From a virus: a stretch of 64,000 nucleotides of DNA. Under the pieces are notes generated by a model, which saw nothing but the letters and a program-made list of their open reading frames with translations, searched no databases and was not told the origin of the DNA. Below are positions 57,561 through 64,000 of this stretch, in pieces; the stretch's first letter is position 1; each line of letters opens with the position of its first letter. The position numbers and the translations under genes are program-made. The stretch spans positions 32,001 to 96,000 of IMG/VR virus record IMGVR_UViG_3300010396_000006, one strand, 5' to 3'.

Positions 57561-59808
57561 CGACGTCACTAAAGAAGTGTCCATTAAGGTTTCTGTTGTC
57601 GATGGCAACATGAAGCTTGGACCGATCGATACGACCGCGGCGATGGCATCCATCAAATCGGTTAGTGATGCGTACGCTGCTGCATTGAATCAGACGTCAT
57701 CATTTAGCGGAACGGGATCATTCTCGGTTGGTGCGCCCGGTTCATCCGGGGCGATGTCTGGAAGTATGTTCCATACGGCTCGTGTCCGTCGTGGCAACAT
57801 GGCCGGCTCGACAATGGCTCAGCAAATTGCCCAGCAGGCGATGGAAGCCGGCGGCGCTCAGAATGATCTTGATGATTATTTCGCGTCTCAGGGAGCCATC
57901 TATCCGACGGCGGCAGAGAAAAAGAAGCGGATGGCCGCGGCGGTAGAAGCCCAGAAGCAACGAGACGCTTCTCACAAAGCCTACGTGGACGCCGAAAAGA
58001 AGGCACGGGCCGACAAGGAAAAAGAGCAACAGTCCACAATGGATCAGTTCGTGGCTCGGGCTGTCCAGCAAACCAATAAGGAGAAAAAAGCCAATCTCGC
58101 CAAGATGAAGGGCGGTTCAGGAGCAGATACGACTGGCGATATCGAACGGCAGGCAGCAGCGTTCGGACATGCGGCGACTTCGGCTCTGTACTTCGCCAAA
58201 GGATTGGCGTTAGTTGCCACTTCGTCCGATGAAGAAACCGCGTCCATGATTAAGACCGTGGTGGCCATTCAAGGCTACATGGACATGGCTCGTGGAGCAA
58301 CTTCACTCGCTACCCAATTGGCCGCGGCACACAAAGCATCAGCCGCGGCATCTGCTGCTGGTTCTGCATCTGGAGCCGGGGGCGCGGCTGGTGGAGCATT
58401 GGCCGGAATCGGGACCGTTGCGTCTGCTGGATTCCTTGCCGCCGCAGCAGCCATCGGAACGGCAATAGCGGCATTGGTGGCGTGGCGGACGTATGTGATT
58501 GAGACGCGGCGTGTTACCGAATCTTATTACGACATGCTGATCGGGAAGTCGACAGCGGCGGCTGAGGCAACTTCTCGTGGTTCGTCGATTCAATCAAGAC
58601 ATCTGGCGCGGATGACTGCGATCAACGAACTGATCTCCAGTTCGGGGCAAGAGGCTCGCCGGAGCCTGACGAACATCAGCGGACGCGAAGCCACTGAATC
58701 CGGGGCGAGAGCCTATGAACACGACATGAATCTGTCGCCTGAATTGAAACATCTGCATCGTCAGCGTCTGGAAAACTCTCAGCGATTCTCCGAGACGCAA
58801 GGGGCATTGTCAGACCGGCTGACGACGCTGCGAGGTCGGCGAGGAGATATTGAAAAAGGATTGGCGGCAGAAGCCGAGAACCGTCAGCGAATGGCGGCAT
58901 CGCGAGCCAAGGAACAGGAAGCGATGCGGAGACAGCAAAGCAGTCTTCTGCAAAACGCTGGCGCATCCTATCCAACAGTCGGGTATCGCGGCATTACATC
59001 GGCCGTCCGTGGGTTCTTCCGTGGCGATCCTAATCTCGGCATGGGCGAATTGATCAATGGTCGGATGACTTTGACGACGGCCCAACGTGAAAAACACGCC
59101 GAATTGGATGCCAAGATTAAAGGCAGTCAGGCGGCGGGAGCATCCGAGCAAGACGAGAGTGCTCGCAAGACCGTCGAACTTTCAAAAGAGCGGCTTCAGA
59201 ACGAACAGGAAACACTTCGAGTTCTGGCCGAGCAAAACAAGTCGGTCCGCGAATATCAGAACGAGACTCACAAGATCGTTCAACAAGTGAAGGAAAAACA
59301 AAAGTCATTCGAAATCGGGGCCGGCTCCGAAAACTTCGGTTCTCAAAATCGTAAGCTGATGATTCAGGAAAAACACGATCGAATCGTTGCCCGGAAAGCT
59401 AAGAATAAACGTGAAGGGCGAGACGAATGGGAGGGCGTCGAAGAGTTCACCCAAGAAGAAATTCAATTGACCGGTCACGATGACGCTGCGTCCATCAGCA
59501 CGGAGGCCCAGGCACAGCGGACGGCTCGAAAGAGCGGTCGCCGTAGCAGGGCACAAGACGAAGATCATCTTGCTATCGCAGAAGCGGAACAAGCCAAAGC
59601 GGACGCATTGCCGACGCAACCGGGGAAGGCTGCCATTGGCAAAAGCGGCGATGACATCAGAAAGATGGGCGAGGAATTGGCACAGGCCGCAAAAGATGCT
59701 CTCAACCTCGAAGAATACACAAACACCGTCAAGCAGAAGTTCGACGAATTAAAAGAGGAAATCCAACATTACATCGTGCAGATCCAGACGTGGAGTCCCC
59801 AGCTTTGA
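57553..59808 (+). CDS. Tape measure protein
   Basis: Ala/Gln-rich helical protein with a hydrophobic central part; follows the chaperones. Confidence 0.8.
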   Translation: MPDDVTKEVSIKVSVVDGNMKLGPIDTTAAMASIKSVSDAYAAALNQTSSFSGTGSFSVGAPGSSGAMSGSMFHTARVRRGNMAGSTMAQQIAQQAMEAGGAQNDLDDYFASQGAIYPTAAEKKKRMAAAVEAQKQRDASHKAYVDAEKKARADKEKEQQSTMDQFVARAVQQTNKEKKANLAKMKGGSGADTTGDIERQAAAFGHAATSALYFAKGLALVATSSDEETASMIKTVVAIQGYMDMARGATSLATQLAAAHKASAAASAAGSASGAGGAAGGALAGIGTVASAGFLAAAAAIGTAIAALVAWRTYVIETRRVTESYYDMLIGKSTAAAEATSRGSSIQSRHLARMTAINELISSSGQEARRSLTNISGREATESGARAYEHDMNLSPELKHLHRQRLENSQRFSETQGALSDRLTTLRGRRGDIEKGLAAEAENRQRMAASRAKEQEAMRRQQSSLLQNAGASYPTVGYRGITSAVRGFFRGDPNLGMGELINGRMTLTTAQREKHAELDAKIKGSQAAGASEQDESARKTVELSKERLQNEQETLRVLAEQNKSVREYQNETHKIVQQVKEKQKSFEIGAGSENFGSQNRKLMIQEKHDRIVARKAKNKREGRDEWEGVEEFTQEEIQLTGHDDAASISTEAQAQRTARKSGRRSRAQDEDHLAIAEAEQAKADALPTQPGKAAIGKSGDDIRKMGEELAQAAKDALNLEEYTNTVKQKFDELKEEIQHYIVQIQTWSPQL

Positions 59809-59823
59809 CGGATCAAAGACGCT

Positions 59824-60585
59824 ATGGCAGCTAGTACGCAATTTTTCTACGGTGACTTCTTGCATCAGGACAAATCCACGAACTTCAACGGGATTCAGCG
59901 GAATCTCGTATTGGGGCCGAACGGACGCGCCTATCTGATGCAAGAGACGTGGAATGTCTTGGCTCGCTGGATTGATTTGCAAGGCGGTGGGGCTGACGAA
60001 CTCCAAGGTTATCTGGGTGAGATGCGACAAGCCTATTCGCGGAATGGGCAACCTTGCGGATTCGCCGGCACGAACTGGCTTATGGACCCCGCTAGATCAG
60101 TTGGGGGACCAGTCGTTCTTGGTCAGCCAGGTCATTCGATGCTACGCGGCGTCGACGGTATCAACTATCTCGAAGTCACCGTTGCGATTCAGAATACAAC
60201 GCTATTCCAAGATTCCTATCCGGGAGCATCGCCAGGAACTTTGACGTCCTTTGAGGAAACAACCTCGTTTACAGACAATGCCGGACTGCCGATCTTCGTT
60301 GAGCGAATTCCGCAGAATGGTCTGCCGATACTGCAACAGGTCTCGACCAATTCATGGTACTTCGGAACGCAAGCCGGATCGGCGACATCGACAGTAACTT
60401 GGCCATCACCTGCGGCGGCTTTATTTCCAGGGGCGGCGAGAACTTCAGGGAATGCTGCTCAGGGCGTCACCTACAAGAGTCCAAAAATGATCCGTGGCGT
60501 GCCAGTCGAATATACGACGACTTGGAAGTACGAATACATTTCCGCAACACCGTTCCTCAGCCAACTGCCAAATACTCAAGGATAA
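59824..60585 (+). CDS. Putative distal tail protein
   Basis: Position after TMP. Confidence 0.5.
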   Translation: MAASTQFFYGDFLHQDKSTNFNGIQRNLVLGPNGRAYLMQETWNVLARWIDLQGGGADELQGYLGEMRQAYSRNGQPCGFAGTNWLMDPARSVGGPVVLGQPGHSMLRGVDGINYLEVTVAIQNTTLFQDSYPGASPGTLTSFEETTSFTDNAGLPIFVERIPQNGLPILQQVSTNSWYFGTQAGSATSTVTWPSPAAALFPGAARTSGNAAQGVTYKSPKMIRGVPVEYTTTWKYEYISATPFLSQLPNTQG

Positions 60586-60588
60586 GCG

Positions 60589-61845
60589 ATGACAGTCAAA
60601 CGATGGCTCGGCGCTGCAAATGCGGTCAATGATCTCTGGACAATCTCCCTGTCAGGGACCGTGATCAGCCAGACGTATACTCTGACGATCAACGGCAAAT
60701 CACTGGCCTATGCCGCCAGCGGGACCGATACCGTCAATTCGATTTTGACGGCGATTGTGGCCGCATGGAATTCACTGACGGCTCCGGTTCCACCGCCGGA
60801 GTTTCAGGAACTGACCGCAACGGCATTCCCGGTCGCCGGGCCATTCACCACAATTCAACTCAAAGGTGACGTGGCAGGCAATCCGACATTGCCGTCTGTG
60901 GCCACCAGCGGCGGCGCAACATTCTCGATTGCCAACACGACTCCGGCCACGGGTCCCAATGACTTCGCGAATGCGCAAAACTGGTCTGGCGGTGTCGCTC
61001 CAGTCAATGGCGATACGCTGGTCTTTGATAATGGTTCAGTGGCTTGTCTGTTCAATCTGTCGACGACATTGACTGGCATCACGGTGATTGTGAATCCAGG
61101 ATTCACCGGCACGATTGGACTGCCACTGATCAACACCAATTCACCGACGAGCTATGCCGAATATCGTACGACGTCGCTCACGCTGGTTGGCGGCACAGCG
61201 ACAATCAACGGTCCCGCATTGCAACGGTTCAATATTGCCTTTGGGGCCAATACGTCGACGGTTCGTATCATGGGAACCGGAAGCCGTCTGGACCGTTACA
61301 CTCCGGTTGTGTTGATCACTGGCGGCAATGGTTCCAGTGAACTCGATATGACCAAGGGTGATGCGGGGTTGGCGTTCTATCTCGGCACAACCGCAAACTT
61401 CCCGACAATCAAGACCGGATTTCTCAACAACGCGACAACCGATGTCAGCTTGATCTGCGGGCCGGGGACAACGCTAGGAACGATCAGTCAAAACGGTGGC
61501 AACATCACATTCCAAAGCGCGGCGACAACAGCCAATCTTGGACAAGCCGGCGGCTCGATGACGATTCAAGACGGATCGGCAACAACTCTCAATGCCTTGA
61601 ACGGCACGGTCTACCAAAACACGACTGGCACAATTGGAACGGCCAATCTCTACAACTCCGCAACGCTGAACTGCGACGGGGACCCGCGTAGCAAAGCGAT
61701 CACGACGCTGAATGTCTTCTCGTCATCGGTGACGGTGATCGACAATCAGAGAACGGTCAACAGCGGCACGATCACGGCTGTCATGGACAACCTGACCGGC
61801 TTCAACATTCAACATGGCGGTTCAACTTCTCTCGTCATCACGTAA
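60589..61845 (+). CDS. Tail structural protein with beta-helical C-terminus
   Basis: T/G/N-rich; NWSGG..P..GD.LVF. Confidence 0.6.
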   Translation: MTVKRWLGAANAVNDLWTISLSGTVISQTYTLTINGKSLAYAASGTDTVNSILTAIVAAWNSLTAPVPPPEFQELTATAFPVAGPFTTIQLKGDVAGNPTLPSVATSGGATFSIANTTPATGPNDFANAQNWSGGVAPVNGDTLVFDNGSVACLFNLSTTLTGITVIVNPGFTGTIGLPLINTNSPTSYAEYRTTSLTLVGGTATINGPALQRFNIAFGANTSTVRIMGTGSRLDRYTPVVLITGGNGSSELDMTKGDAGLAFYLGTTANFPTIKTGFLNNATTDVSLICGPGTTLGTISQNGGNITFQSAATTANLGQAGGSMTIQDGSATTLNALNGTVYQNTTGTIGTANLYNSATLNCDGDPRSKAITTLNVFSSSVTVIDNQRTVNSGTITAVMDNLTGFNIQHGGSTSLVIT

Positions 61846-61851
61846 TGAACT

Positions 61852-63660
61852 ATGACAACAATTAACTTTGGCGCATGGGAATATCCCGGTATCCAAGTGT
61901 ATGACTCCGTTCGATTCACGGACGTCAGCGGGATCTCGCCATCGGTTTGCGTCGTGCGAGTCTTTCCGCAATACGGCTGGCCTGATCGCATTGGTGACAT
62001 GGTTTTCACCTACAACGCGAATCAGATCGTGATTCCCGGATGCACAATCGACAATGCCTCGTTCCAGCGAAACAGCGGCGGAAAAATTGTCAGCGTCCGC
62101 ATTCTGGACTCACGCTGGCGATGGGCCTACGGTCAAATCACGTTGCGAGCCAATGTCCGACTGCCGAATAACTTCGTTGATCCATTGCATGAGAAGACGC
62201 CACAAGAGATCGCGACACTCTGTTTCATTGCGATGGGGGAAACAAGTTTCGACGTCTCGGCATTGCCATCGGATGCCCGGCCCGATATCGACTGGGAATC
62301 GGAAAATCCCGCTCAGTGTCTGGCACAGATGTGCGATGACCTGGGCTGTCGGATTGTGCCGCGCAGGTCTGATGCAACCTGGGTGATCTGCCAGACGGGC
62401 GTCGGAAATCCCTTACCGGATAATCTTCCGTATCAAGACGGCGGCGATGGCATCGACCCGAAAGAGATTCCTGATTTTCTCCAGATTGTGACGGCTCCCG
62501 TGAACTATCAGGTCGCTTTGCCGATGGAACCGATCGGTCGTGACTTAGATCAATCGTGGCTTCCGGCGCAGGAACTTAGCTACTGTCCGAATCCAGATAA
62601 TACCTATGACGTGGCTTACGGGTATGGGTTGGAACCGTCGACGATGTGCAACCTCAGCAATACGCGGGTTTTGCAAGCGGACGGAACGGCTGTTAGCGCC
62701 CGCGAAATCGCCCGTACCTATCTCTATCGCTCGTGGAGGATCAAGACGCCGTTTTCGAATGGACAGCGACTCATCCTTGGTTTCCCGACCATGTATATCA
62801 ACGGATACGATGGTTACGTCTGCCGCAAGCAGATCATCCTGACCGACAAGTTAGCTCAGTGCTACACCGATGAACGCGGCGAGATTCATCCCCGGCCGGC
62901 CTATATGTTCGGCGAATTTGAATCCCGCGTCTCACCGCAGATCAATTATCCGCCGGGAACACGCATCGACTATCAATCACCCAACGTCGACAAGTATCCC
63001 GAGGAACGGAGTTCCTTCAATCTGAATGCCGATCCACTGGATACGGACCGCTCGATCGTCACGACGTCCAGGCAAATGACGTTCATCACAAAGAACATCG
63101 CACAGCCAGATGGCACGACACGAACTCGATATGACTTCGCGAAACTGTTCTACGTTTGTGCGATCCAGATCCGAGACCCCGACACATGGCAACCGATCCG
63201 TTATTTCCGTTTCCGACAGATCAGCGACAGTCCGAATCCTGATCCGACCAACGTCGCTACGATCGTCAAGAACGACATTCAGCCGTGGTTCATCAATCTC
63301 TACAACCCGGACGGAACATGGTCATCGAATACCAACAACAGCGATGACGTGAATAATCAATGCGATTACTACCTTGATCAGATTCAGCAGACGTTCATGA
63401 CGATCTCAACGCAAACGCGAACCTATATCGGCCTATTCCCGATCGACATGGACGGAGCGATTCAACAGGTGACGTACGAGATCGGCAAGCAAGGCACAAA
63501 CACGATCGCGTCGAACGGCACGGAACATAATTTCGACATTCCAACGTATGCCGAACGGCGACAGCGCGACGGTCGTCACAACATTCAGCAGAAGTTGCGA
63601 TTGAAGGCCGAAATTGAATCCCGGCGTCAAGCCACGAAAGGCACGTTCAACACGTTGTAA
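61852..63660 (+). CDS. Putative tail tip / baseplate hub protein
   Basis: Position; ILD.RWRW, L..MCD..G motifs. Confidence 0.55.
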   Translation: MTTINFGAWEYPGIQVYDSVRFTDVSGISPSVCVVRVFPQYGWPDRIGDMVFTYNANQIVIPGCTIDNASFQRNSGGKIVSVRILDSRWRWAYGQITLRANVRLPNNFVDPLHEKTPQEIATLCFIAMGETSFDVSALPSDARPDIDWESENPAQCLAQMCDDLGCRIVPRRSDATWVICQTGVGNPLPDNLPYQDGGDGIDPKEIPDFLQIVTAPVNYQVALPMEPIGRDLDQSWLPAQELSYCPNPDNTYDVAYGYGLEPSTMCNLSNTRVLQADGTAVSAREIARTYLYRSWRIKTPFSNGQRLILGFPTMYINGYDGYVCRKQIILTDKLAQCYTDERGEIHPRPAYMFGEFESRVSPQINYPPGTRIDYQSPNVDKYPEERSSFNLNADPLDTDRSIVTTSRQMTFITKNIAQPDGTTRTRYDFAKLFYVCAIQIRDPDTWQPIRYFRFRQISDSPNPDPTNVATIVKNDIQPWFINLYNPDGTWSSNTNNSDDVNNQCDYYLDQIQQTFMTISTQTRTYIGLFPIDMDGAIQQVTYEIGKQGTNTIASNGTEHNFDIPTYAERRQRDGRHNIQQKLRLKAEIESRRQATKGTFNTL

Positions 63661-63668
63661 ATTGAACT

Positions 63669-64000
63669 ATGAGTGACTTAGCGCCAGTTCGCGGAGTGAT
63701 GATTCAGAACGATTCGGGGATGAACATTCCACCGAATTCGGTCGTTGTTGTGACGTTCGTAGAATACACGACTGGAGACGCAAACAACGATCCGGAAGTG
63801 ATCCATCATGTCACGCAATACAGCGGACAAAGCGGGAATTTTCTCGTTACGGGCGATACAGACATTCCGGCAGGGGCAACTGGCGGCACATCAGGTGACG
63901 CTGAAGAAACTCCGCGTGCGTCGCTATCGAGAGCCTATTCCGACTCATTCATCTATGTGGCAATTGACCCCGGTGTCGCGGTTCCTACTGCTGGAGAACA
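63669..64000 (+). CDS. 3'-truncated tail-associated protein
   Basis: Open frame MSDLAPVRGVMIQNDSG... running to the window end. Confidence 0.6.
   Translation, partial: MSDLAPVRGVMIQNDSGMNIPPNSVVVVTFVEYTTGDANNDPEVIHHVTQYSGQSGNFLVTGDTDIPAGATGGTSGDAEETPRASLSRAYSDSFIYVAIDPGVAVPTAGE

Larger units (their letters stand above)
1..64000 (+). mobile_element. Tailed phage/prophage genome segment (siphovirus-like, HK97-fold), probable Planctomycetota host
   Basis: Terminase, portal, MuF, prohead protease, capsid, neck, tail tube, frameshifted chaperone and tape measure genes, all co-oriented; no host housekeeping block. Confidence 0.95.

Overview
The whole window is part of a tailed dsDNA phage or prophage: HK97-fold capsid, long non-contractile tail, nearly all genes on the + strand. 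The host is probably a planctomycete, inferred from a ClpC N-domain and two small proteins that resemble planctomycete families. Gene order: tail-fibre module (3-11 kb), terminase (14-17 kb), a 2235-aa portal-fused polyvalent protein (24-31 kb), MuF (41-43 kb), prohead protease and major capsid protein (47.6-50.5 kb), then neck and tail genes (52-64 kb). Blocks of small accessory genes separate the head genes. No integrase, replication, endolysin, tRNA or CRISPR feature was seen. The best candidate for a new system is a protease-processed capsid cargo. The portal carries a string of effector domains (2H phosphoesterase, InPase, Zn ribbon, three WITIHP repeats, LPD1 metallopeptidase) whose boundaries fall at Lys-Ser sites, and one boundary copies the capsid protein's own predicted maturation site (K|SLGMSEGIGSDGGF vs K|ALGMSEGIASDGGF). 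Other candidates: degenerate stand-alone copies of terminase and portal fragments (possible immune decoys); four promoter-proximal hairpins with a fixed CAGTAAC loop and different stems; a recurrent AATC-N5-GATT operator; two kissing-loop sRNA/attenuator candidates; and a periodic scaffold of intergenic linkers around unrelated genes at 37-40 kb. All family assignments come from motif recognition by eye; no searches were run.
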